Source of the DNA: Candidatus Binatia bacterium
GTDB taxonomy: Bacteria > Desulfobacterota > Binatia > UBA9968 > JAJDTQ01
DNA: 64,000 bases
Assembly: GCA_963666515.2 (NCBI GenBank)
Contig: OY762897.2
Span: 256,001-320,000 of the forward strand
Reading direction: 5' to 3'
The position numbers and the translations under genes are program-made. Below, piece by piece: positions 10,232 to 19,576 of the stretch. The notes beneath the pieces are model-generated. The model did not search any database, was not told the origin of the DNA, and saw only the letters and a list, made by a program, of their open reading frames with translations. The first letter of the stretch is position 1, and each line of letters opens with the position of its first letter.

Positions 10232-11041
10232 TCACCGCGGAGGCCACGACAGCTCCAGCCGCGCCGTTCCCGATCCCACCACGACCCGCCGCGACACCGT
10301 ACCCAGCCTCTCGTGCCAGAAGCGCGCCTCGTAGGTCCCCGGCGGAATCCGGTCGATGGCGTAGCGGCCCCGGGAGTCGGTCACCGCAAAGAACGAATTC
10401 GACGTCACCACGATGTAGGCGCTCATCCAGGCGTGGTGCAGCTCGCAGATGATCCGCATCACTCCGGGTCGGTGGAGGGTCCTGGTCACCCGGCGCCACC
10501 GTGGCAGGCCGTCGTTGAACAGGGTCCGTGGCCCGATCCGTGCGTGCGCGTCGTGGAGTATGACGTCACTGTTCAGGAGCAGGAGGGTGCTGCCTGCCGG
10601 CGCGGCCTGCACGTGGGGCGCGAACCGGCAACCGATGTTGTCGAGCTGGATGCTGCGTGGCGGTGGCGTCCGCAGATCGAGGCCCGGCCCGTGCAGGGTG
10701 ACCACGACGTTTTTCAGGGCGCCGTCGGAAGCCGCCACGAGGCTCTGGTCGGGCACCATGGAGCCGCAGAATGCCTGTTCCTTGTAGACCCGCAGGACCC
10801 CGGGAGGGGGCGGCGGGCCGGAGAGGCGTACGGCGCCGGCAAGGGTTCCGGTCTTGTCGGAGAGGGTGCGCGGCGCGGTGAGGCGGCCTCCGGGCTGTCC
10901 CGCGGCGTACCCGGTCACGAACCAGAAGGCGGCCAGCGCCAGCCCCGCGGCGAGTGCCCGGCGGGGCCTCGGAAAAACAAAATCGGGAAGGCCCTTGCGG
11001 ACCTTCCCGATTCGACTGACGTAGGCTGTTGCCGTGTTCAT
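10232..11041 (-). CDS. exported cupredoxin-like / carboxypeptidase-regulatory-like domain protein
   Basis: Signal-like hydrophobic segment, LDNIGCRFAPHV, LHDAH...CELHHAWM (His/Cys/His/Met set), AVTDSRGRY..IPPGTY..WHERLG; start uncertain. Confidence 0.7.
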   Translation of the reverse strand: MNTATAYVSRIGKVRKGLPDFVFPRPRRALAAGLALAAFWFVTGYAAGQPGGRLTAPRTLSDKTGTLAGAVRLSGPPPPPGVLRVYKEQAFCGSMVPDQSLVAASDGALKNVVVTLHGPGLDLRTPPPRSIQLDNIGCRFAPHVQAAPAGSTLLLLNSDVILHDAHARIGPRTLFNDGLPRWRRVTRTLHRPGVMRIICELHHAWMSAYIVVTSNSFFAVTDSRGRYAIDRIPPGTYEARFWHERLGTVSRRVVVGSGTARLELSWPPR

Positions 11042-11093
11042 GTTTCCGGGAAGTCCTCGGGACCGTCCCGGAGCGGCGCAAGCGCCGACGGTT

Positions 11094-12011
11094 CTAGTGG
11101 GCCGACTGCTGGACGTCCAGGTTCACCAGCTCGGTGGCGGCCTCGTTCTCGGCGAGCATGCCCCAGCTCTTGATCCAGGCGGCGGTGCGCTCCAGCTCTT
11201 CCGCGGGGATCGGCGCCGGATCCACCACCACGATGCGGCTCTCGCGCAGCTCGTCGGCGCGGATGGCGGCGATCTCCGGGTCGTCGCTGTGGTAGTCGAT
11301 GAAGTACTGCATGTACTTCTTCTTGTCGGCGTTGACGCGGCGCACGGCCTCGCGCACGGCGCGGTTGAACATGGCGTAGGTCTCGGCGTCCACGTTGTCG
11401 GACGCGACCTCGGTGCCGTGGAGAGAAGCGGAGACGACGATGCGGCAACCCTTCTTCTCCGCCAGCGTGAGGTACGGCTCGGTCAGCGGCGTGGACTCGA
11501 TCTCTCCCTTCATCACCGACTCCAGGCGATAGCGGGAACCGCGCGGCGCCTGGCAGAGATTGATCTGGTCCCGGGTGAGGAAGCCCTCGAGCATGTGCAG
11601 GGTCAGGTAGTGGGTGCCGAAGTAGAACGGCACGCCCACCAGCTTGTTGGCGAGCTGCTGGGCCGTGTAGACCTCCGAATCGGGCCTCACCACCAGTCCG
11701 GCGTAGGCGATGATGGAGCGCCGGCCGATCTGCCGTCCGGCGTCGACCGCGGAGTCCTGCACGCGGCAGTAGTTGCCCCACTCACAGGCGTTGTACATGT
11801 CGGCCTTGCCCTGCTCGAAGAGCATGCCGTGGCTGGCGTGAGGATCCGCCTGCTCGGGGCGGGTCACGTCGGTATGCGTATTCTTGTCGCCCGGGCCCCG
11901 GTCGGCGAACTCGATCTCCAGCCCTTCCTTCTCGAACAGGCCCTCGTTGTAGGCCACCAGCTCGCACAGACCCTGAAACGGCGCGGTGCTCTCAAGAACC
12001 AGCTTTTTCAT
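11094..12011 (-). CDS. ABC-type substrate-binding-like protein (NMT1/SsuA fold), no signal peptide
   Basis: VAYNEGLFEKEGLEIEF, QLANKLVGVPFYFGTHY; ATG 12011 preceded by AAGGAGAG. Confidence 0.75.
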   Translation of the reverse strand: MKKLVLESTAPFQGLCELVAYNEGLFEKEGLEIEFADRGPGDKNTHTDVTRPEQADPHASHGMLFEQGKADMYNACEWGNYCRVQDSAVDAGRQIGRRSIIAYAGLVVRPDSEVYTAQQLANKLVGVPFYFGTHYLTLHMLEGFLTRDQINLCQAPRGSRYRLESVMKGEIESTPLTEPYLTLAEKKGCRIVVSASLHGTEVASDNVDAETYAMFNRAVREAVRRVNADKKKYMQYFIDYHSDDPEIAAIRADELRESRIVVVDPAPIPAEELERTAAWIKSWGMLAENEAATELVNLDVQQSAH

Positions 12012-12262
12012 GGTGCTCTCCTTGCGTGAAAGTTTTGTGTATTTGCGGGCTTGCGACAGAAAATCGCGTTGTTCAACCGTTGGACTAGCACAATTCGCCG
12101 CCGGATGGCAAGGGCGACGGCCTAGCCGAGAGGTTCCCCGCAACCGCCCGCACCTTGTCTCCGCGCCGGGCTTCGTGCCACACTGCCACCGTGCCCCAAT
12201 CCTCACCCCCACAGCCGGATGCAGCAGCGGGAGAAACCCGGGAGAGCCGGTCTCTCAAGGAC

Positions 12263-13495
12263 GTGAAGCAGTCCGGGGTGTCCTTCGGCGCGCTCCGGCA
12301 GCCTCACTTCCGCGCCTACTTCTCCTTCACCATGCTGGCCATGATGGCCGACAACATCGAGCACGTGATCAGCTACTGGGTGATCTACGACCTGTTCCGG
12401 TGGGAACAGTTGCAGGGGTTCGCGGTCATCAGCCACTGGTCGCCGTTCCTGCTGCTGTCGTGGTACGTGGGCCTTCTGTCGGACCGCTTCGATTGCCGGC
12501 GCGTGATCCAGTGGGCGATGATCCTCTATTTCGTCCTCACCGTCGCCTGGGCGTACTTCATCATCACCGGGACCCTCACGGTCTGGCGCGCCTGCGCGCT
12601 GCTGGTGGTGCACGGCGTCGCCGGAGTCTTGTGGAGCCCCGGCAGTCAGCTCATCCTCCACGACATGGTCGGACCGGAACATCTCCAGAGCGCGGTCCGC
12701 CTCAGCGCCACCAGCCGGCAGTTGGGCATCCTCGCGGGGCCCGCCGTGGGGGGGTACATGATGCAGTGGATGGGGGCGGCGTGGGGCCTCGTGGTCAACG
12801 CACTCTTCTACATTCCCCTGACCCTGTGGCTTTCGCGGGTCCCCTATACCGGACGCCGCGCCCACGAGGTCCAGGCGCGGCGCGTCACCTGGGCCCGGGC
12901 GCTGGAGGCCTTGAGGGAGGCCCGGAGCAACCGCGTCATCGTCTCCATGGTCTGCCTGGTGGGGTTGTCCTCGCTGGTGGTGGGCAATGCCTTCCAGGCG
13001 CAGATGCCGGGGTTCGCCATCAACCTCGGCGTCGGGGAGGCGGGCTACAGCGTCCTGCTCGCCGCCAACGGCGCCGGCGCCTTCGTGAGCGGCGTCCTGC
13101 TGGAGAGCCGGGGCTTCCTCCAGGCCCGGGCGCGCACCGCCATCGTGCTGGCCTTCCTCTGGTGCGCCGCGTTGGGCATGTTCGCGTTCACGTCCCACTA
13201 CTATCTCGCGGTGGCGCTCCTGTTCGCCGCCGGCTTCCTCAACCTGGCCTACCTGACCATGTCCCAGACCCTGGTCCAACTCGTCTCGCCAGCTCATCTG
13301 CGCGGCCAGTTGATCGGTCTCTTCATCATGTCCGGCCTCGGGCTCCGCACCTTCAGCGGCGTCACCGTGGGCATCGCCGGCGGATACATCGGCATCCGCT
13401 GGTCCCTGGGGCTGAGTTGCGCCTTCCTTCTGGCGATCATGCTGTTGCTGCTGGCGGTCACCGTCAGGGCTCCAGGGAGTGAGATGGGCGACTGA
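12263..13495 (+). CDS. MFS transporter
   Basis: FGALRQPHFRAY start, GLLSDRFDCRR, multiple TM helices, PAHLRGQ; GTG with AAGGA RBS. Confidence 0.88.
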   Translation: MKQSGVSFGALRQPHFRAYFSFTMLAMMADNIEHVISYWVIYDLFRWEQLQGFAVISHWSPFLLLSWYVGLLSDRFDCRRVIQWAMILYFVLTVAWAYFIITGTLTVWRACALLVVHGVAGVLWSPGSQLILHDMVGPEHLQSAVRLSATSRQLGILAGPAVGGYMMQWMGAAWGLVVNALFYIPLTLWLSRVPYTGRRAHEVQARRVTWARALEALREARSNRVIVSMVCLVGLSSLVVGNAFQAQMPGFAINLGVGEAGYSVLLAANGAGAFVSGVLLESRGFLQARARTAIVLAFLWCAALGMFAFTSHYYLAVALLFAAGFLNLAYLTMSQTLVQLVSPAHLRGQLIGLFIMSGLGLRTFSGVTVGIAGGYIGIRWSLGLSCAFLLAIMLLLLAVTVRAPGSEMGD

Positions 13496-13541
13496 CGCAG
13501 GCCGGGCTCCCGGCAGGCAGGGAATCGCGAATGGCAGGTGG

Positions 13542-14024
13542 ATGAACATGGTGGCGAAGAAGACCCTGTATCTGGCCAACCCCTACGGCTTCTCCGCGCA
13601 GCAGCGCGAGGGGCCGCTGGCGGCGCTGAGCGCGGCGCTGGAATCGCTGGGGCTGGAGGTGTGGGAGCCGTTCGCGCGCAATAACCAGGTGGACAAGGCC
13701 AGGGCCGGCTGGGCCTACCGCATCGGGCAGGCCGACCTGAGCGACGTACGCGATGCGGACGGCCTGTTCGCCGTGGTCAACGGTTGTCCGCCGGACGAGG
13801 GCGTCATGGTGGAGCTGGGCATGGCCATCGCGTGGGGGAAGCCGATCTTTCTCTTCCGGGACGACTTTCGCCGCTGCACCGACAGCGAGGCATACCCCTT
13901 GAACCTGATGGTGTTCAGCGGCCTTCCCGAGGTTGGATGGGAGGCCTGCTGGTACACTTCTGTGGAGGAGATCGGCGATCCCGACAAGGCGCTGGCGCGG
14001 TGGGTGAGGGAGCGGAGCGGCTAA
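13542..14024 (+). CDS. nucleoside 2-deoxyribosyltransferase family protein
   Basis: LYLANPYGFS, DEGVMVELGMAIAWGKP, YPLNLM. Confidence 0.85.
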   Translation: MNMVAKKTLYLANPYGFSAQQREGPLAALSAALESLGLEVWEPFARNNQVDKARAGWAYRIGQADLSDVRDADGLFAVVNGCPPDEGVMVELGMAIAWGKPIFLFRDDFRRCTDSEAYPLNLMVFSGLPEVGWEACWYTSVEEIGDPDKALARWVRERSG

Positions 14025-14047
14025 CGTCAAGCGGTCCGTGTCCGAAG

Positions 14048-14077
14048 TTGACACTGTGTCGGTTGGTAGACTAGACT
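14048..14077 (+). promoter_or_regulatory. sigma70-like promoter for the partner-switching operon
   Basis: TTGACA-N18-TAGACT. Confidence 0.4.
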
Positions 14078-14164
14078 ATCATTGACGGTGTATGTAAACG
14101 GGTTTCGTCGGCCCGAGCCACTCATGGCAAGTTCCGAAATGATTCTCGCAAGTGGAAAGGCTTC

Positions 14165-14605
14165 ATGAAGGCGGCGCTTCCCCGGCTTTCGCTCGACCTC
14201 GAGCCCGAGCTTTCATCCGCCCTCAAGGAATTGGCCGAGGCGGTAGCCCGCTTCGGGGAGGCCAATTCTCTTTCGCAGGCGCAGATTCACAACCTGAGCC
14301 TTGCGCTGGACGAGTTGGCGACCAACACGATCTCGTACGGTTTCGCCGATGTCGACCGGCAGGAACTTCGGGTGGAGTTGCGCATCGAGGACGACCAGAT
14401 CGTGGCGCAACTGGACGACACGGGAATACCGTTCAATCCGTTCGAGGAAGCCGCGGTACCGGACGTGCACGCCTCCATCGACGACCGGCCCATCGGCGGC
14501 CTCGGCGTGTTCCTGACCAAGACCCTGTTCCCGAACCCGGACTACGAGCGGACCGACGGATTCAACCGTATTACTTTGCGCGCACCTGTGAAAGGAGACA
14601 GTTGA
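14165..14605 (+). CDS. RsbW/SpoIIAB-like Ser kinase (anti-sigma factor family)
   Basis: N box LALDELATNTISYG, G1 DDTGIPFNP, G2 IGGLGVFL. Confidence 0.9.
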   Translation: MKAALPRLSLDLEPELSSALKELAEAVARFGEANSLSQAQIHNLSLALDELATNTISYGFADVDRQELRVELRIEDDQIVAQLDDTGIPFNPFEEAAVPDVHASIDDRPIGGLGVFLTKTLFPNPDYERTDGFNRITLRAPVKGDS

Positions 14606-14955
14606 TGGCAAACGGAAGCGTTTTGGATCTGAGTACGGAGACGGACGGCGACACCACGGTGGTCGTACCCACCGGCCGTATCGACGGCAGCACCGCCAGC
14701 CCGTTCCAGGAGGCGCTCCTCAAGCTGATCGAGGAAGGCAAGGGTTCGCTCGTAGTCGATTTCGAGAACATCGAATACATCAGCAGCGCCGGACTCCGGG
14801 TCCTCCTGCTGGCGGCCAAGCAGCTTCAGGCCGGCGGCAGAAAGATCGTGCTCTGCGCCATGCGGGACCACATTGCCGAGGTGTTCAAGATCAGCGGCTT
14901 CAGCGAGATCCTGGCGATTCACCCCACCCGTCAGGACGCGATCAACGCAGGCTGA
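14605..14955 (+). CDS. STAS-domain anti-sigma factor antagonist
   Basis: GRIDGSTA, DFENIEYISSAGLRVLL (phosphoacceptor Ser), VFKISGF; TGATG overlap with upstream gene. Confidence 0.92.
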   Translation: MANGSVLDLSTETDGDTTVVVPTGRIDGSTASPFQEALLKLIEEGKGSLVVDFENIEYISSAGLRVLLLAAKQLQAGGRKIVLCAMRDHIAEVFKISGFSEILAIHPTRQDAINAG

Positions 14956-14956
14956 C

Positions 14957-16165
14957 ATGGAAGAAATCGAAGAATCCGGTTCCGCCGCCTCCGAGGCCGC
15001 TTCCGACGGCGAGCCCATCAAGATCCTGGTCGTGGACGACGAGGTGGACCTGGAGTCCCTGGTCCTCCAGAAGTTCCGCCGGCGCATCCGCAGGAAGGAG
15101 CTGGAGTTCGACTTCGCCCATAACGGCAAGGAGGCCATGGAAAAGCTCGACCAGGACGGCGATATCTCGATGGTCATCTCGGATATCAACATGCCGGTCA
15201 TGGACGGCCTCGCGCTCCTGAAGCAGCTCAACGAGAGCAAACCCGACATCCGCTCCGTCATCGTGTCCGCCTACGGCGACATGAACAACATCCGCACCGC
15301 GATGAACCGGGGCGCGTTCGATTTCGTCACCAAGCCGGTCGACTTCAACGATCTCGAGATCACCATCGACAAGACCCTGAAGCACCTAGCCCTGGTGCGG
15401 GAGGCGTTGTCCAACCGGGACCAGTTGGTGGCCCTCGGCCACGAGCTGGACGTCGCCAAGGACATGCAGATGTCGGTGCTGCCCCGGCGCTTTCCTGCCA
15501 CCGACCGCTACACGACCCACGGCCTCATGGTCCCGGCCAAGGAGGTAGGCGGCGACTTCTACGATTTCTTCACTCTGGGGGAGGACAAGATCGGGGTGGC
15601 CATCGGCGACGTGTCCGGAAAGGGCATTCCCGCCGCCCTCTTCATGATGGCTTGCCGCACCCTGCTGCGGAGCCGCGCCCTGGAGGGCGGAGCCCCTGAC
15701 AAGTGCCTCGGCTACGTCAACGACCTGCTGTCGGAGGACAACGAAAACTGCACGTTCGTGACCCTCTTCTACGGTGTCCTCGACACCGGAACCGGTGTCT
15801 TCGAGTTCTGCAACGGCGGTCACAATCCCCCTCGGGTGGTCCACAAGGACGGGCAGGTCGGCGCCCTGCCCACCACCCGCGACCTGGCCCTGGGCGTGCT
15901 TCCCGGCCACACGTTCAACCACGACAGCCTCCAGCTCGACGGCGGCGACGTGCTGTTCTTCTACACGGACGGCGTCACCGAGGCCGAAGGCCCGGGCTTG
16001 GAGGAGTTCGGCGAAGAACGTCTCGACGCCTTGCTGGCCAAGATCGACCAGGCCGACTGCGAGCAGGTGACCTCGCTGGTGCTCGACCACGTCAGGGAAT
16101 TCGCCGGCGAGAATCCGCAGTCGGACGACATCACCTGCGTGGCCCTGCGCTACAACGGGAGCTAA
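14957..16165 (+). CDS. response regulator receiver fused to SpoIIE/PP2C phosphatase
   Basis: ILVVDDE, SDINMPVMDG, FVTKP; VGGDFYDF, IGDVSGKG, YTDGVTEA, SDDIT. Confidence 0.93.
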   Translation: MEEIEESGSAASEAASDGEPIKILVVDDEVDLESLVLQKFRRRIRRKELEFDFAHNGKEAMEKLDQDGDISMVISDINMPVMDGLALLKQLNESKPDIRSVIVSAYGDMNNIRTAMNRGAFDFVTKPVDFNDLEITIDKTLKHLALVREALSNRDQLVALGHELDVAKDMQMSVLPRRFPATDRYTTHGLMVPAKEVGGDFYDFFTLGEDKIGVAIGDVSGKGIPAALFMMACRTLLRSRALEGGAPDKCLGYVNDLLSEDNENCTFVTLFYGVLDTGTGVFEFCNGGHNPPRVVHKDGQVGALPTTRDLALGVLPGHTFNHDSLQLDGGDVLFFYTDGVTEAEGPGLEEFGEERLDALLAKIDQADCEQVTSLVLDHVREFAGENPQSDDITCVALRYNGS

Positions 16166-16223
16166 CCTGCCTGTGCCCGCGCAGCCGGATCGCACAGCCC
16201 CCCATCGCCAGGAGTTGAAGTTC

Positions 16224-17414
16224 GTGAACGGGCTTGCGCGGCTTGCCGCGGTGGTGCTGCTCGTGGCGGCTATATCGCCGGCCGCCGCCGCGCAGACCCC
16301 CCCGCCGGGTTTGGCCGCCACGGGCGTCGGTCCGGAGAGCGTGGTATTCGGCCAGTCCTGCGCCCTGAGCGGACCGGCCAAGGCCTTGGGCGAAGGGATG
16401 CGGCTGGGCATCAAGGCCGCGTTCGAGGAGGTGAATCGCGCCGGCGGCGTCCACGGCCGTCTTTTGCGCCTCACCACCCTTGACGACCGTTACGAGCCCG
16501 AGGCGGCCATCGCCAACACCGTCCGGCTCATCGACGAGGAACGGGTCTTCGCGCTCATTGGCGCGGTGGGCACGCCGACGTCGAAGGCGGCGGAGCCCAT
16601 AGCGACCGAGAAGGGCGTCCCCTACGTCGGCGCGTTCACCGGCGCGGAGTTCCTGCGCGACGCCCGGCAACGCCCCACCGTCATCAACGTGCGCGCCTCC
16701 TACTACCAGGAGACCGAGGAGATGGTGGAGCGGCTCACCCGTGACCTCGGAGTGAAGCGCATCGGCATCCTGTACCAGGACGACTCCTACGGCCGCGCGG
16801 GGCTTTCGGGCACGCTTCGGGCGCTGCAACGGCGCGGCATGACGCTGGCCGTGGAGGCGACCTATCCGCGCAATACCCGCGCCGTCAAGACTGCGGTGCT
16901 GGACTTGAGGCTCGGCAACCCCGAGGCGGTCATCATCGTGGGCGCCTACCAGCCGGTGGCGACGTTCATCAAGTGGTCCCGGCGCCTCGGTTTCAATCCC
17001 GTCTTCGTGAACATCTCCTTCGTGGGCAGCTCCGCGCTGGCACACGCCCTGGGCGCCTCGGGCAAAGGCGTCATCGTCACCCAGGTGGTCCCGTTTCCCC
17101 ACGACAAGCGGATTCCCGTCGTCAGCCAATACCATGAGGCGCTTCGCGCCGTCGCCGTCGACGCCGAGCCCGGCTTCGTTTCCCTCGAAGGATACCTGAC
17201 GGGACGGGTGGCGGTGGAGGCGTTGCGCCGGGCGGGAACCGACCCCAGCCGCGAGGGGTTCATCTCCGCCCTTCAGAAGGCCGGCGCCCTGGACCTCGGC
17301 GGCTTCGTGCTGCGCTACGGAGAGTCCGACAACCAGGGCTCCGATCGGGTTTACCTGACCGTGATCGACGATTCCGAAGGGTTTCGCTCGATCCGGCGCG
17401 TGGAGCGGCCTTGA
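16224..17414 (+). CDS. periplasmic ligand-binding protein (LivJ-like type I PBP)
   Basis: Signal peptide, GQSCALSGP, GGVHGR, LDDRYEP, VGTPT, YQDDSYG. Confidence 0.88.
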   Translation: MNGLARLAAVVLLVAAISPAAAAQTPPPGLAATGVGPESVVFGQSCALSGPAKALGEGMRLGIKAAFEEVNRAGGVHGRLLRLTTLDDRYEPEAAIANTVRLIDEERVFALIGAVGTPTSKAAEPIATEKGVPYVGAFTGAEFLRDARQRPTVINVRASYYQETEEMVERLTRDLGVKRIGILYQDDSYGRAGLSGTLRALQRRGMTLAVEATYPRNTRAVKTAVLDLRLGNPEAVIIVGAYQPVATFIKWSRRLGFNPVFVNISFVGSSALAHALGASGKGVIVTQVVPFPHDKRIPVVSQYHEALRAVAVDAEPGFVSLEGYLTGRVAVEALRRAGTDPSREGFISALQKAGALDLGGFVLRYGESDNQGSDRVYLTVIDDSEGFRSIRRVERP

Positions 17415-19564
17415 GTCTCGCGGACATTTTCCAGCGGTTCGAGAACCGGCGCATCGGCCTTGGGGTCAAGATGTACGCCGCCTTCGGCGTGGGCGTGCTG
17501 CTGATGCTGGCGGCCAGCGCAGTGGCCCTGGTGGCGTTCGGGGTCGTGAGCAATTCGCAGCGCCACATCACCGAACACAGCGTGCCCAGCCTGGTGGCGG
17601 CGATCCGGGCGGCGCAGCACAGCTCGGCCCTCGTCGACGTGGCGCCTCGCATCGTCGCAGCTTCGTCCGAAGCCGAGCTGGACGAGGTCCGGGCGGCCAT
17701 TGCCAAGGAAAAGGAGCTGCTCGACGGGCTCTTCACGGAACTTCAGCGACACGGCTCTCTGAAAGGTCATGAACAGGCGCCCGCACTTCGCGCGCTCTCG
17801 GAGGCGCTGACTACGACGCTGGAGACGATCGAGAAATCGTCCTCGCGGCGGCGGGCGTTCCAGCGTCGCCTGGACGCCCGGGAAGCCGAGATCCCGGTGA
17901 TGACCCGACAGATCGAACGTGTCCTGGTGCCCGAGATCGACGACCAGCAGTTCTTTCTCGCCACCGGCCTGAGGGAGATCGGCGACCGGCCGGCGCCGCC
18001 CGAGGAGCACACGTCCTACGCCGAGCTGGTGCGCTACCGGGATCTGCTGACGCTGCACACACAGGCCAACTTGGCCGCGAGGCTGCTTGCGGAGGCCGCG
18101 GTGTTGAGCGACCGCACCCTGATCCAGCCCCTCCGGGAGCGCTACAACGCCGCGGTCGGTTCTTTCGAGCGCGCGTTCCGATCGAGCGAGTCCCACGCTT
18201 CCCCAACCCGGATGCTCGACTTCGAGTTCGAACGGCTCAAGTCCCTGGGGCACGGTCCCGAAGGGATTTTCGGGCTCCAGGAAACGATCTTGAGAGAGGC
18301 GGAGTTGGAGGCCCGTTACATCGAGGAGAACCGGGCCACAGCAGCCAGGCTGCTGGCGGCCATGGACCAGGTGGTGGCGGTGGCGGACCGCGAGGCGAGC
18401 GAGGGCAGCCGGGCCTCCGCGTCGGCCCTCAACGCCGGCCTGATGAGGCTGGTGTTGCTCAACGTGTTGAACGTCATAGGCGCCGTCGTGTTCGGGTGGA
18501 TCTTCGTGGGCCGCTACCTGATCCGACGCCTGACCGGGCTGGCCGCGTCCATGCAGACCATGGCCGAGGGCAACCTCGAGGTGCCGGTGGAGATACGGGG
18601 CAACGACGAGGTGACCGACATGGCGAAGGCGCTGGAGGTGTTCCGGCGCCATGCCCTGGAAGTGCAGCGGCTCAACCTGGTGGAGAAGCTGGCGGACGAG
18701 TTGAAGGACAAGAATGCGGAGCTGGAGCAGACGCTCGAGGACCTGAAGACCGCGCAAAACCAAGTCATCATGCAGGAGAAGCTGGCGTCCCTGGGACAGC
18801 TAACCGCCGGCATCGCCCACGAGATCAAGAACCCGCTGAATTTCGTGAACAACTTCTCGGACGTTTCCGGCGAGCTGATCGAGGAGGTGCGGGAAGTGCT
18901 GGGCGAGGTCCGTGAACAGGTCCCTGACGATGCGCGTGAAGAGATCGAAGGGATTCTCGACGACCTGACCTCCAATCTCCAGAAGATCAACCAGCACGGC
19001 AAGCGCGCCGACGGCATCGTCCACAGCATGCTGGAGCACTCGCGCGGCCAGTCGGGCGAACGCCGCGCGGTGGACCTGAACGCGCTGCTCAAGCAGTACG
19101 CCGACCTCGCCTACCACGCCATGCGCGCCAAGGACCAGAAGTTCAACGTGACCTGGGAAGAAGAGCTCGACAGCGGCATGGGAGAGATCGAGGTGATTCC
19201 CCAGGACCTGAGCCGCGTTTTCCTCAACCTCATCACCAACGCCTGCCAGGCCACCTTCGAACGGGCCAGGTCCGACGGCGACTATGAGCCGCGGATACGG
19301 TTGTCGAGCAAGCGCGAAGACGACGTGGCCGAGTTCCGCATCCGGGACAACGGCCCCGGCATTCCGCAAGACCTGATCAACAAGATATTCGAGCCTTTCG
19401 TCACCACCAAGCCAACCGGCGAGGGCACCGGACTCGGCCTGTCCCTCTCCCAGGACATCGTGGCCCAGCACGGCGGCCACTTGGGCGTGGAGTCGGAGCC
19501 CGGAGTGTTCACGGAGTTCCGCATCACGATCCCCACCGAAGGCGCGGCGCCCGCGGGCGGGTAG
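17411..19564 (+). CDS. membrane sensor histidine kinase (TorS-like periplasmic domain, HAMP, HisKA, HATPase)
   Basis: Two TM helices, HAMP (GNDEVTDMAKAL), QEKLASLGQLTAGIAHEIKNPLNF, NLITNACQA, DNGPG, GEGTGLGL; 4-nt overlap with the PBP gene. Confidence 0.93.
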   Translation: MSLADIFQRFENRRIGLGVKMYAAFGVGVLLMLAASAVALVAFGVVSNSQRHITEHSVPSLVAAIRAAQHSSALVDVAPRIVAASSEAELDEVRAAIAKEKELLDGLFTELQRHGSLKGHEQAPALRALSEALTTTLETIEKSSSRRRAFQRRLDAREAEIPVMTRQIERVLVPEIDDQQFFLATGLREIGDRPAPPEEHTSYAELVRYRDLLTLHTQANLAARLLAEAAVLSDRTLIQPLRERYNAAVGSFERAFRSSESHASPTRMLDFEFERLKSLGHGPEGIFGLQETILREAELEARYIEENRATAARLLAAMDQVVAVADREASEGSRASASALNAGLMRLVLLNVLNVIGAVVFGWIFVGRYLIRRLTGLAASMQTMAEGNLEVPVEIRGNDEVTDMAKALEVFRRHALEVQRLNLVEKLADELKDKNAELEQTLEDLKTAQNQVIMQEKLASLGQLTAGIAHEIKNPLNFVNNFSDVSGELIEEVREVLGEVREQVPDDAREEIEGILDDLTSNLQKINQHGKRADGIVHSMLEHSRGQSGERRAVDLNALLKQYADLAYHAMRAKDQKFNVTWEEELDSGMGEIEVIPQDLSRVFLNLITNACQATFERARSDGDYEPRIRLSSKREDDVAEFRIRDNGPGIPQDLINKIFEPFVTTKPTGEGTGLGLSLSQDIVAQHGGHLGVESEPGVFTEFRITIPTEGAAPAGG

Positions 19565-19576
19565 CCGGCGTGCCCC

